Source: a virus
DNA: 64,000 bases
Strand: one strand, 5' to 3'
Virus record (IMG/VR): IMGVR_UViG_3300045738_001212
Location: 93,998-157,997 of that record
The translations under genes were made by a program, and so were the position numbers. A model generated the notes under the pieces. It did no database searches. It was not told where the DNA came from and was given only the letters and a program-made list of their open reading frames with translations. Within the stretch, counting starts at the first letter, position 1. Each line of letters starts with the position of its first letter. Of the stretch, positions 26,586-38,100 are shown piece after piece.

Positions 26586-27552
26586 AAATAAAAAATATCT
26601 ATCAGCTTCTAGAATCAAGACCTTAGAGTCCTGTTCTTGGCTGTATTGGTGTCATTATCATTTAAAGATTCCCCAAGGGGGGAACTCTGGCATGTGGATG
26701 GGTAGCGTTTGTCACTTGGTTCTGGAGTTATTACTACTACCCAAGCACAAAAAACATTACGATCTAATTACCGAAGCCAAAACGATAGAAGCTTCGAAGC
26801 CCATCCAGAGGCTGGTCATAAAGCACCTTAAGTCGTATGGAATATACGAGGACGAGTTCTATAAGATGGTTGACAAGATGCTAGTCATCGGTCTCAACCA
26901 AGACTTCTTTGTAGAGGGGGCTGAACTGGAAGAGCCAGAAATTGAATTTGATATAGAAAGCGAAGACCCAGAATATAGAATCTATGGGTTCATTGACAAA
27001 GCTGCTCGGTTCGAGAAAGAAAAGAAAATTGTTATCTCTGACTACAAGAGTAGCAAAAAGAAATTTACCGGAGAAGGATTAGACTCTAATGTGCAAGCGT
27101 TAATGTACAGCTTGGTAGCTAAGAAGATGTGGCCGAAGCTGAAACCTGTCGTTGAATTTATTTTTTTAAGATTTCCGAGAGCCCCCATTCAAAAACTAGA
27201 GTTCAGCGACGATGCCCTGAAGGGGTTTGAGTATTATCTTGAGGCAATGTTTAAGAGGGTGACAGAGTTTAGTGAGAAGGACGCCGCTTCAGATTTCGCA
27301 GCAGTAAAACCCAAGCCTTCTGACGGGGGGTGGGGTGGGTGTCTCAACTGCGGGTTTGCTCGATACGAAGGGCACTTGAAAAAAGACGGCAACCCCATGT
27401 GGCACTGTCCATATAAGTTTAGCTTTGATTACTATGCGCTGAAGGATAAGGAAGGAGAAATGGTTAAAACGAACCTAGAGAACGTCTTTACCCCGAAAGA
27501 GGGCCAAAAGGTGGTAAGGATGAAGTACAAGGGGTGCCCACATTTTTCTTGA
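26578..27552 (+). CDS. PD-(D/E)XK exonuclease (AddB/Cas4-like)
   Basis: LSASRIKTLESC; GFIDK...ISDYKSS; C-terminal Cys cluster. Confidence 0.85.
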   Translation: MSKNKKYLSASRIKTLESCSWLYWCHYHLKIPQGGNSGMWMGSVCHLVLELLLLPKHKKHYDLITEAKTIEASKPIQRLVIKHLKSYGIYEDEFYKMVDKMLVIGLNQDFFVEGAELEEPEIEFDIESEDPEYRIYGFIDKAARFEKEKKIVISDYKSSKKKFTGEGLDSNVQALMYSLVAKKMWPKLKPVVEFIFLRFPRAPIQKLEFSDDALKGFEYYLEAMFKRVTEFSEKDAASDFAAVKPKPSDGGWGGCLNCGFARYEGHLKKDGNPMWHCPYKFSFDYYALKDKEGEMVKTNLENVFTPKEGQKVVRMKYKGCPHFS

Positions 27553-27576
27553 CACAGGCCAGAAACATGGTATAAT
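27549..27576 (+). promoter_or_regulatory. sigma70-like promoter
   Basis: TTGACA-16-TATAAT with extended TG; -35 overlaps TGA stop. Confidence 0.75.
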
Positions 27577-27583
27577 CTTACCT

Positions 27584-28939
27584 GTGACCGAATGTATTCC
27601 ATTATTTAAGTCTCACTATTCGCTAGGGAGGTCTATCCTTACTTTGAATAGCCCCGGAGAACACGCTGATGAATCTCCGGTCTCAATTTTCGATATCCTT
27701 ATTGAGAATAAAATCGAAGAGCTCTTCCTCTTAGAAGATTCTTTCGGAGGCTTCCTGCAAGCGCACCAAAATTGTAAGGAGAATAATATCAAACTTAACT
27801 TCGGGTTAAGGTTTAATTTTCTATGTGACGTTAAAGAAAAAAATGAAGAAGCCCTTAAGTCTAGGTGCAAATATTCCATCTTCGCCAAGAATAACGAGGG
27901 CTACAAGCGGCTTGTAAAAATCTGGAGCCTCGCAGCGAAAGAGGGCTTTTATTATACACCTAATCTTGACTTTAAAGTCTTACGGGACTTTTGGAATGAC
28001 GACGACTTATTGATGTGCGTACCGTTCTACGACTCGTTCTTACACAGGAACACCCTAGAGGGTGCTGTCTGCATACCCGACTTTGAATACTGTAAGCCTG
28101 TACTTTTTTTAGAAGATAATGATGTTCCATTTGATTACCTTATAAGGGACAGGGTAGAAGCCTACGCTAAATCTTCCGGTCTCCTTACTCAAGAAGTGAA
28201 AAGCATTTTCTACAAAGGAAAGAAAGACTTCATGGCTTATCTTACGTTTAAATGCGTTAACAAAAGGTCCACGTTAGACAGGCCCAACATGGACCATATG
28301 TGCAGTGATGAATTTTGCTTCGAAAGCTGGGCGAAACAAAAGAAGCTAAAGGTTGCTGACGACAAACCCAAAAAAAAAGTCGCTGTTCCTAAGAAGGAGA
28401 AAGACAATGTGATAGTTCTGACAAAAGAACAACAGAAATACGCAAACCAAATCGGAGCTAAACGACAAAAATATAACGAATCTATAAACAAAAAAGATGC
28501 TTACGGCTTTAAAGGCAACGGAGAAAAAATTCACATACAAGGAGCAAGAGCAGAACTGTCCGTATCCCTAATTCTAAAGCAAGATTGGACAGATTTTAAG
28601 AAGAACTATACGTCCATAATGGCTGATGTTGGAAAGAATATTCAAGTTAGAAGCACTAATTACAGAGAGGGTAACCTTTTGGTCCACCCGAAAGACAAGG
28701 ATGATCAGGTTTTTGTTTTGGTGAAATCTCATAACTATCCAGAGATGGAAATTTCTGGTTGGATTCTGGGCAAGGACGCCAAAAGAAAAGAGTTTTGGGA
28801 GGATGGTACTAACTGGCCCAAGTTTAAGGGGCGAGCTTGCTATCGGTTCCCTTATGAAAGACTAAATCCGATTACAACTTTAGAATCACTGGGTGTAATT
28901 ACAAAGAAGGCTGAAGGAATCGGGGGTACCCATGCGTGA
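27584..28939 (+). CDS. DNA polymerase III alpha PHP domain, fused to a C-terminal nuclease-fold-like domain
   Basis: KSHYSLGRSIL, IKLNFG, FAKNNEGYKRL, GFYYTP (DnaE PHP); Lys-rich linker; then GARAE...DVG..IQVR. Confidence 0.75.
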   Translation: MTECIPLFKSHYSLGRSILTLNSPGEHADESPVSIFDILIENKIEELFLLEDSFGGFLQAHQNCKENNIKLNFGLRFNFLCDVKEKNEEALKSRCKYSIFAKNNEGYKRLVKIWSLAAKEGFYYTPNLDFKVLRDFWNDDDLLMCVPFYDSFLHRNTLEGAVCIPDFEYCKPVLFLEDNDVPFDYLIRDRVEAYAKSSGLLTQEVKSIFYKGKKDFMAYLTFKCVNKRSTLDRPNMDHMCSDEFCFESWAKQKKLKVADDKPKKKVAVPKKEKDNVIVLTKEQQKYANQIGAKRQKYNESINKKDAYGFKGNGEKIHIQGARAELSVSLILKQDWTDFKKNYTSIMADVGKNIQVRSTNYREGNLLVHPKDKDDQVFVLVKSHNYPEMEISGWILGKDAKRKEFWEDGTNWPKFKGRACYRFPYERLNPITTLESLGVITKKAEGIGGTHA

Positions 28940-29573
28940 GCACCTACTTAGATTCGACAAGTCTAAGACTTATGTATTCATAGATTGCGAGACGTTCAAC
29001 CTGTGTCTAAACAAGGTCTATAATCTTCCTTGGCAAATAGCGATGATCAAGGCTGTTGCTGGTAAAAAAATTGCCGAAAAGAACTTCTATATTAAATGGA
29101 AAACAGACCTGAAAATAGGAGACGAAGCCGCTAGGATTACCCGCTATAGCCAAAAAACGATGGACGAGAAGGGCATCTCTCCAGAAGAAGCTTTCCCCAC
29201 GATACGAGACTGGTTGGATAACTCTGATTGGATAATCGCTCATAACATGCTGGGGTTTGATCTTTACCTAATAAAGGACTATTACAGGCTGAATAACCTT
29301 GATTATAAGCACCTGATGCCCAAGATTCTTGACACCAACTCCCTCGCTAAGGGTGTTAAGCTTGACATCCCCTACAAGGAGGATGAGGGGTCTTTAATTG
29401 AGTACCAGTATAGGATGACCAATATGCGTAAAAAGGGCGTTAGAACGAACCTGATGGCCTTGGGGAGGGACTATGACATCGAACATGACAGCGACAAACT
29501 CCACGATGCTATAGTAGATTTGGAACTTAATCTGAAAGTCTGGAACAAGCTAAAATGGCAGATAGAAATATAA
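28932..29573 (+). CDS. DEDDh 3'-5' exonuclease (DnaQ-like)
   Basis: FIDCET, AHNMLGFD, LHDAIVD. Confidence 0.9.
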   Translation: MREHLLRFDKSKTYVFIDCETFNLCLNKVYNLPWQIAMIKAVAGKKIAEKNFYIKWKTDLKIGDEAARITRYSQKTMDEKGISPEEAFPTIRDWLDNSDWIIAHNMLGFDLYLIKDYYRLNNLDYKHLMPKILDTNSLAKGVKLDIPYKEDEGSLIEYQYRMTNMRKKGVRTNLMALGRDYDIEHDSDKLHDAIVDLELNLKVWNKLKWQIEI

Positions 29574-32131
29574 ATTTTAAGTCTCACTTTAAAGGCATTG
29601 ATCTACCTATTCATGGGGTTCGTTTACCTCGGTTCGAGATAGAGAAGAAGTTCAAAAGAGAGCTCGGGGTAAGTGAAGATATTAGTAACTATGACTTCTT
29701 ACGTTCATTAGCTAACGCTGGATTTAAAAATTTAAAAATAAATAAAAAAAGTAAGAAATACAAACTCTATGCCGAAAGAGCGAAGCACGAAATAGACACC
29801 CTAGAAGACTTGGGATTTGTTGACTATGTGCTTTTAGTTTGGGACGTAATTAACTACTGCAAGCGTAGTGATATACCGACAGGTCTCGGGCGGGGCAGTG
29901 CTGCTGGAAGCCTTATCCTTTATTTAATTGGAGTGACCAAGGTTGACCCAATTGAGTACGGCCTTTATTTCGAGAGATTTATTTCAAAAATTAGAGCGAA
30001 GAAGCAGGTCGTTGACGGCATCACTTATCTTGATGGTTCGCTAATGTGTGATGTCGATTTAGACATTTGTTATTACAATCGTGGTAAGGTTATCGATTAC
30101 CTTGAAGAAAAGTTTAAAGGGAGGACTTCTAAAATTATAACCTTCAACACCCTTAGTGGGAAGCTGTGCATGAAGGAATGCGGGAAGATTGTAGGGGGGA
30201 AGACCGAACAAGAAATGAGCCTTGTGTCTTCAATGATACCTAAAGTCTTTGGTAAGGTGAAAGACATAGAAGAAGCGAACGAAGAAGTTCCCGAGTTTAA
30301 AGAGTGGTGCGACAAAAACAGGCGGGCCTACAAGATAGCCTTGAACCTTAGAGGCTTAATCAAAAACAAAGGAGTTCACCCATCGGCCCTTTCCTTATCG
30401 TATGAAGACATGGAGGACAGTTGTCCCACAGAATTTTCATCAGACAAAGCTTCCATCTCGTCTTTCGACATGAACTGGACCTCGATTTCCAATGTTAAGC
30501 TAGACTTGCTGGGACTAAGGTCCGTATCGGTAATCGATGACGTTTGCAAAAGTGTTAAAATTAAAATAGAAGACATTAATCCTAACAGCAAATTTATATA
30601 CAGGCACCTTCAAGATTTAAGAACGCCTCATGGCTTATTTCAAATTGAAGCCGATACAAACTATGGGGTTTGTAGGAAGGTGATGCCCAAGAATCTTGAA
30701 GAACTAAGCGCGGTACTAGCCCTTGCTCGTCCCGGAGCATTAGCTTTCGTTAACCAATACGCAAACTACTCAAACAACGGGGTGAAAGAATCCATACACC
30801 CATTCTTTGATGACATTTTGGCGTCAACTGGTGGTGTTTGTTTATATCAAGAGCAGATGATGCAAATGGCTCACAAGGTTGGGTTCACGCTTGACGAAGC
30901 TGAAATTCTACGTCGTATCGTGGGCAAAAAGAAAGTTACTGAGGTACGCAAGTGGAAGAAGAAAATTAAAAACAAAATCACAGAGAAGAAGCTCGATTCT
31001 GAGATCGGTAAAATCCTCTGGAAAATCCTTGAGGATTCAGCCAACTACTCTTTCAATAAGTCCCATTCTATTTCATACGCCGCGCTTGCCGCGACGACGA
31101 TTTATCTTAAGTTCAAATACCCTATGGAATTTTTCTTAAGCCTGTTGCGTATGACCAGACACGAACCAGACCCGATTAACGAAATTTCCAAAATCCAGAA
31201 AGAGATGCACAACTTTAATATAAAGTTACTGCCTCCTCATATCACAAAATCACGGATGGATTTTATGTCTGAAGGCGAAGATATTCGATTCGGACTACTC
31301 TCGATTAAGGGAATTTCAGATAAGTCTATAGAAAAACTAAACAGGTTTAAAAGAGACACCTCCACAAAGTTCGAGGTATTCGAGGCGGCAAACGAAGCCA
31401 ACCTAACGATTGGTATACTGTGTGCGCTTATTCAAGCGGGGGCTTTTCAGGGGTTTGTGCAATCCAGAACCAAGATAGCATACGAAGCTCAACTTTGGAA
31501 TGTCCTTACCCAAAAAGAAAAGAAGCTCTGCATAAGCCTATCTAAAGAACACAGGCACGATCTGGTTGCCGTTCTTAAAGACATCTTAGGCAAGAAAAAC
31601 GAAAAAGGGAAACCCCTTATTAAGCCTTCTCGTTTTGAGACTATCCAAAGAAAATCTCAACCTTACAAGGAAATTTTTAACAAGAACAGGTACTCTGAAA
31701 GCTTTGCGAATTGGTACTACGAAAATCATTTACTAGGATACACCTACGGAAAGACCCTCAAGGATATTTTCGCTAAAGAAAGACCCAACTTGCTTTCCCT
31801 TAGCTCAGTCAACGCCAGAACTAAGGGGGCAGAGGTAGAGTTTATTGCTCCCGTTGGGAGTAAGCCAGCCACGCGCATGTCTAGAAACGGCAACCGTTAT
31901 CTTGTCATGGAAGTCCAAGACGAAACAGATAGAACGAAGGTAATGATATTCGGTGACAGACTGGATGGGTGCGAAGAAACGAACGGAGGTCTTCCTCAAG
32001 AAAAGAACATTGTGATAGTCACGGGGCAGAAACAAGATGACAACACGGTCTTTGCCAACTCCATCACTATCCAGACAAATAAAATTTACACCCGCTATTC
32101 TGAAATAGAATCAGAAAGAAAACTTAAGTAG
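29555..32131 (+). CDS. dnaE: DNA polymerase III alpha catalytic core lacking PHP
   Basis: GRGSAAGS, FERF, DVDLD, KLDLLGL, YQEQ, YSFNKSHS, IRFGLLSIKGI, C-terminal OB fold. Confidence 0.93.
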   Translation: MADRNINFKSHFKGIDLPIHGVRLPRFEIEKKFKRELGVSEDISNYDFLRSLANAGFKNLKINKKSKKYKLYAERAKHEIDTLEDLGFVDYVLLVWDVINYCKRSDIPTGLGRGSAAGSLILYLIGVTKVDPIEYGLYFERFISKIRAKKQVVDGITYLDGSLMCDVDLDICYYNRGKVIDYLEEKFKGRTSKIITFNTLSGKLCMKECGKIVGGKTEQEMSLVSSMIPKVFGKVKDIEEANEEVPEFKEWCDKNRRAYKIALNLRGLIKNKGVHPSALSLSYEDMEDSCPTEFSSDKASISSFDMNWTSISNVKLDLLGLRSVSVIDDVCKSVKIKIEDINPNSKFIYRHLQDLRTPHGLFQIEADTNYGVCRKVMPKNLEELSAVLALARPGALAFVNQYANYSNNGVKESIHPFFDDILASTGGVCLYQEQMMQMAHKVGFTLDEAEILRRIVGKKKVTEVRKWKKKIKNKITEKKLDSEIGKILWKILEDSANYSFNKSHSISYAALAATTIYLKFKYPMEFFLSLLRMTRHEPDPINEISKIQKEMHNFNIKLLPPHITKSRMDFMSEGEDIRFGLLSIKGISDKSIEKLNRFKRDTSTKFEVFEAANEANLTIGILCALIQAGAFQGFVQSRTKIAYEAQLWNVLTQKEKKLCISLSKEHRHDLVAVLKDILGKKNEKGKPLIKPSRFETIQRKSQPYKEIFNKNRYSESFANWYYENHLLGYTYGKTLKDIFAKERPNLLSLSSVNARTKGAEVEFIAPVGSKPATRMSRNGNRYLVMEVQDETDRTKVMIFGDRLDGCEETNGGLPQEKNIVIVTGQKQDDNTVFANSITIQTNKIYTRYSEIESERKLK

Positions 32132-35100
32132 ACGAGCCGATAGGAACCGACCCCCCCGCTTCGTCAGGCGGTCTTAGAATCGTCTTTTCGGCTGACACGA
32201 TTCCTTGTTCAATGTCATTGACGGTTGTTCCTTTCGGGACCACATATCCTCCTCCGGGGAAAAAGTTATGTCCGACTTCGCCTCTTCGCATCCACTCTCT
32301 ATTTATTGTGGGGTCGGTAACTACGCCATCGTAAAACATCCAATGCTGGGTTACCACGTAGTGTCTTTGCGTGAAGATACTAGTGTCGTCGTTAGCCGTG
32401 GGTTGTCCAGCGGCAGCAGAACAAAGTAAAGCACTGACCGGATAAGTTTGAGAGTCGCTAGTCGGCAAACTTTCCCAAGATAATAAGTGGCCATTAAAAT
32501 GATGAAGATCGCTTATGGTTGGCCACAAATATCTATTGTAATAATAGGGAGCCCCCCTATATAAGTCATGATAGTTATGCATCCCGCTACCCATCGTTAC
32601 CAATTCATTAGCTCTTACCTGCATCCTTGAAGGAGCAAAGAGGATGTCTTTCGTTACGGGGGCAAAGTCTGGATTAAACAGGCCGAATTGGGCTTCGTAT
32701 GCATCACCAGTCGGGAATGTAACCCCATCTCTCTTGATTACTTCTGAGGCGTAGTGAGGGTAGTCCAAGTCATTTAGGTCAGGGTCTTCTGATACGTCTT
32801 CCATCACGATACCCTCGGTATATATCGAAGCCTCCTGTTGATGTTGGTATTGCAGGTATCCCGAGACTTGACACGCTCCGCTTTGTTCCATTGCGAAATA
32901 AGAATCTACAGGCATTCTTCCAAGTCCATCTATTTTTATGTCTGTGATTAGAATTTTTATTCTTGATGTCTCTTTCCATCCCGATACGGGTATTAAAAGA
33001 CTAGCGTCCGTTGGGTCTGGCGTCGTAGGCGTTGGAGCGCAAAGGCTTATCTCAACCCCTTGGAAACTTGCGTTAGGCTGTCCGGTCTCGGCGGAACCAT
33101 GCACACCACATGTCCAAGATACCCCATTGGGCAGATGATTCGAGCCATCACCGGGGCACGGCCATTGGAGGGTGGCATTATCCACGGCGAGTGCCCAACA
33201 TGATGCTTTCGAGTAATCGTAATGATTAGGGATATCATCCTTATTTCCAATCAACCAGTGCGTATTGCCACCGGGCACATCTGTACGTCCGAACATACTG
33301 ACTCCATTTTCTGAGTCCACCATGTCCCACTCTGTCTGTGAATAATTGAGGTAATCATAAGCGAGTCTCCAGTATCCATTAAGCGATTCATCTTCAAAGC
33401 CAACAGACTTCAAACATCCAGCGCAACTTCCGGGTATGAATTCAGGAGTGGTAGAAGTAGTGGTAGTAGGGGGGGTGGGATCGACAGTGGTTCCCACCGC
33501 TCCTCCGACAGCTATCCTTGCTCCGTGTTCGAGTAGTGTTTCCCACCGAGTCCCGCCAGCATGAGATTTATAGGCCCACGGTTGGGTTGGTTTTTCAAAC
33601 ACGATACCATCTGCGATGGGGAACGCCCCCTCGAAAGAAAGTGTTTTTTCGTCTATCCATGATTCCTTAAACAACTCGATAGGCTTATTGTTTGGGTTTC
33701 CGTATACCGCCTCTACTCCCTCTGGCAACTCCTCCATCCCTACGCGAGCAATTTGGTCTGTTCCAGTCAAGTAACACAAGACTACCTGCTTGGCCCAGCC
33801 CATTCCTGCCAACGAACCACCACCCCCGTCATACATGGACATCTCACCTATCGTCCCCACTCCGGTTGGATCATAGACTCTCCCCTCTGTGTCCTCTGAT
33901 ACGTAGTCGGGTGCCCTAATGTGTATATCGACTTCAGTTGGTCGAATATTAAATAAGTATACCCTTGATTCCGCTTCTCTTAGGGTAGGATATTCGTCGA
34001 AGTAAGGGCTTGTAGAAAAATCCATAGGGCATCTAAGATAGTCATCCATGCCGTAGTGTCCCGCCTCGCCCTCGCAATTAATTGTTGCGCTCTCGTCGTT
34101 TGGACAACACAACCCCGGAGAATCGTCAATTGGGCTTTTGCTGTAAGGGTGAATCCATTCGTGACCATCTCTTTCGCAATATTCCTGCGAACCTGTCCAA
34201 TAATGCCCGTGCCAAGTGCAATCACCTGCTTCTGTGTAATAGGGGGATGAGCATCTCCCCATCCGGGCTTCCCAAACCTTATCATGGTAGTCGCAATCTT
34301 CCTTGGTTAAGTATTGCTCGTCCGAGCATACCCAGATTTCATAAAGCTCCCTGTTCTCATCGCAAAAATATCCAGCATCATTGCCTGTTGCCGGGAGCCC
34401 TTCCAGATCAATTAAAGAATCGAAGTTGCCAGCGTAACCATTCGCGCCATAAAGACACCCAGACCTTAACCCCACCCAATGATCACCATATATTTTTTCT
34501 GGATGGACCAGCGGCCCTTCGATGACCTTACACGCTTCACTTTGTATCGCGGGCTGTTGCCCGTCCATGACGTAAGCATCTGCACATTTCTCGTAGTTCT
34601 CGTGGTAGGTTCCTGTCACATGAGAAGAACTACTCATTGGCCACCAGTGGACAGGATCAAACGACATAGACTCTGGCCCATAGTCTACTCTATCCATGTT
34701 TTGGCTAAATGTCCCCCCTCCTCCCTGATCGTAGCTACATAGAAAATACGCTTGGTTCCCGTAAGAGAAAGCGGTGTTGAATTCCTCGAAATCTTGCAAT
34801 AAATTTTCTAACCTGTAGGAAGGCTTGGCGTACCTAGTTTTTACCGGGAAATCGTATTTTGAATAGCGACGGTATCCACCATAAGTTACTGAAGCTTTTA
34901 CCTCGTAATAGTCATCTTCTAGGTCATTGTCGTAGTGGCTTTCTTCCGTCTGGTATTTGTAATATTGCGCCCTTGCAAATTTGTTTCCCCCATCAATGAC
35001 CACTTGGGTTGGCTTGGTTTCGATATAGCTCGGTTGCCATATGTAATTAGCGTCTTCGCATGTATATCGGGTGACGTAATCATGCATTGGGTTCGCGTCT

Positions 35101-38100
35101 TGGTCACCGCATCCAGTTATAGAATAATATGTCTCAGTGGTGAAATCATTTATGTTTCTTCCTGACGCTAGATCAACATCTATGGTTATAACTTGGTCAG
35201 CAGCCGGATCAGGACCGAAGCTACTCAATACGGCTTCTTCTGTAACGTAATCAACATTGACTAAGCCAGACCAATTATAGTCTTCGTTAACACTCTTAAA
35301 CTCCGGCAAAGTCGAGCCTTCTTTGGTGAGCTTTTTGGTCCAAGATACATTTCCGTATGTGTCAACAAACCCTCCAGAAACGAAATCTTTCATTGCCCAC
35401 TCTTCAACTTCCACGTTAAATGATACATGCCAGAGGAACCCACTGATTTCTTTGTCCTCCTCTTCTTCTGGATAGGTTGTCGCGTGAGCCCCAGAAGCGT
35501 TTGGATATAAAAAAGTATAATGAGTGCTTGCGTATGGTCCCCTCCAATATCTTGGGGGGTTTTCTGTTCTTTGTTTCCCCTCTAACTCAAGCCACCCCCG
35601 TTCCTCTGGCCATATTCCAGTGTCCCACGCTATGTCCCTGTGATAATGGTAATCGCAGTCATAAACCTCACAATATGCCCACCAGCTTGAGCATTGCTCC
35701 CAATTACATGCTCCGGGAGATGAGCTATTATAGCCCCCATACTGTGTTGCTTCCGATCCATCTGGACAGGGTAACGGGATAGCGTTTTCGCCACACTCTT
35801 CCATCTCAGGAGGTATTGGCGTGGTAGTGGTGGGTTCATTTGCGGGATCGTATGAGGTCGTCGTTCCGTAAGGGTCAGCCGAGGTAGTAGTCCCTTGGTA
35901 ATTCGGATTGTCGGGATTTAGGGGGTCGCAATCGTCAGGGTTAGAAACATTAGCGCAAGGATCGAGAGTCGTAGTCGTGCAAAGTTTGTCGTATGGTGGC
36001 CCCCCATCCCAGTTTCCGGGAGGTGGGCCGTGGAACGGTGGGGTAAATCCGACATCACAACACTTACTTATGTGTGGATAGTCGGCAAGGAAACCCGCCG
36101 TATTTGTCATGCAGTCTAGTCCTACGTAAGGAAAATCTTCATGGACATCTCCTTCTCCGCTTCCTATCCAGTAATACGTGACCTGACTATCTAGATAATG
36201 CTTACACTCGTTATTCCATTGGTGACCAGTGTGTACGTGCATACAAGAAACCGACTCTCCCGCCGCGTCTCCCGTTATCTGCATCCACCCCGATACAAAG
36301 GTGTGCCAATAGTCGCCTCCCCACTCACCTATGATCGTATTCTGCCACAGTCCTTCCGCTCCCGTTACTTCTGTGTATCCGCTAAGGAACAGTATTGCGC
36401 TTTCGTTATTGGCGATCTCAGGGTTGGTAATGTTTTTATAGTCAACGGTGTGGAACTGATAAGGAAACGTTGCGTTGTCCCGGAACTCTTTGGTAACTGG
36501 TATGTCCTGACAGTTGTCTCCCATTCCGAAGAATTTCTGTGGAGTGATTATCTCTTGGCCCATAGAAAACGGATCAGGAGGCAGGGGGTCTGGTGGGGAA
36601 AAATGTTGAGAGTAGCTTCCCATGTACGACTGATATGTCTGTGGAAATACGGAAGCACCTTGACAGCCAGTGAATCTATACGGATAATTTCTTTGGTTTT
36701 CTTCGTTAAAGTTATTGCTTATTTTCTTTCCTTCGAATTTTACGGTTGGACATTTTTCCCAAAAGGCTGTCTCGGGATCACAAAACGATGTTTGATATTC
36801 CACGTCTATGAGAGGGAGATTCCAACCACCTGTCCTATGAAAATAAAAAGACCCGTAGGGGTCTTGTGCCCATCTATACATCCACCCCGGAAAGAGGTTG
36901 ATGGATGCCTTTTGCATTTTTGTTTTATTCTCTATGTATACTTGGGCGTACACAAATGGGCCACCAGCAAAATCGCTATACGACAACCTGTCAGTATGCG
37001 ATATGTATCTGCTATAGAAAGGTTGAGGAGGTCCACATGTGCCAGCGACAACCCCCGCCGTAGCTGGCCCATAATGGAAAGCTCTTCTTCCTAGATTCTT
37101 GAGGTCACCTATCGGATTAGTGTAATGCTGAAGGTATGATCCACTTAGCCTTTCCTCAGTGAACCCTAGTGGACACAGAACAAATCCTGTCCATTTAATT
37201 ATGTTGCTGTTTTGCCAATAAGTTTGCGAGGTGCCCATATCCTTATTGATATGGTGGTGCCTGAAACTCATGCTTTCGACTGCATTATAATCGTCGTAGA
37301 TGCCCATCCCGACCATATCGTTACTTCCCGGAAAAGGAGACGGCCCCGGCGAGAGAGGGTTTTCGCAACTCTCTCTCCACACTCCAGCTTCGGCCCAATC
37401 GTGGTCAGATGAAAATTCTTCAGTTGTCCAATACTCTTCAGCGTCTGCCCATGTAGAGCCAGCAGCTTCACAAGTTTCTTTGGTTGTATATTGGCCCTCC
37501 CAACAATAATGAGCAGCTTCACAAGCCTCTTTGGTTACGTGTTGGGAGTCCGAGCAGTAACCAGCAGCTTCACAGCCAGCCTTATTGTTATCAAACGCAG
37601 AGTCCGTGCAAGTACCTACATCCTCGCAAGTTTCTCTGGTCGTGTATTGGGTATCTGAACACCGAGCAGTCTCACATTCAGTCTTGGTGGCCGTATACTC
37701 CCCTTGACATCCGTTTAAAGTAAAGCAACTCTTCGGTACAGTCCATTCACCCCCGATAGCGTCGCATTCTCCTGTGGTGTTGTAGTCAGGCCAAAGATAA
37801 CCTATTTTCCACGATCCACCATTGTTTACGCAATCCTCTTTGTTATTGTCTACGGAACCGAGACAAAAACCATCCTCGTGATGGCACAATGTCCTAACAA
37901 GCTCAGGGCATCCTCCGTACCAACGAGACCCGTGGACCTCGTGCGCGTGTACAAATGCATATGGTTCGTAAACTGAAGAGTCCGAAACGTCATGATACCA
38001 CGAAGGATAAGAATAATAATCAGTAAGCCATCTTCCGTCTATGCCCGTGTAGGTTTTTAGGGATTCATACGTATCTCCGAGGTAGTCAGCAGAGGCTGGA

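Noticed and set aside
26578-27552. CRISPR-associated Cas4
   Set aside because: No cas1/cas2 or array nearby; the context is phage replication and recombination.
7125-32131. Inteins or introns in nrdA, recA, dnaB or dnaE
   Set aside because: Protein lengths are normal, and no intein terminal motifs or LAGLIDADG/HNH inserts were seen.
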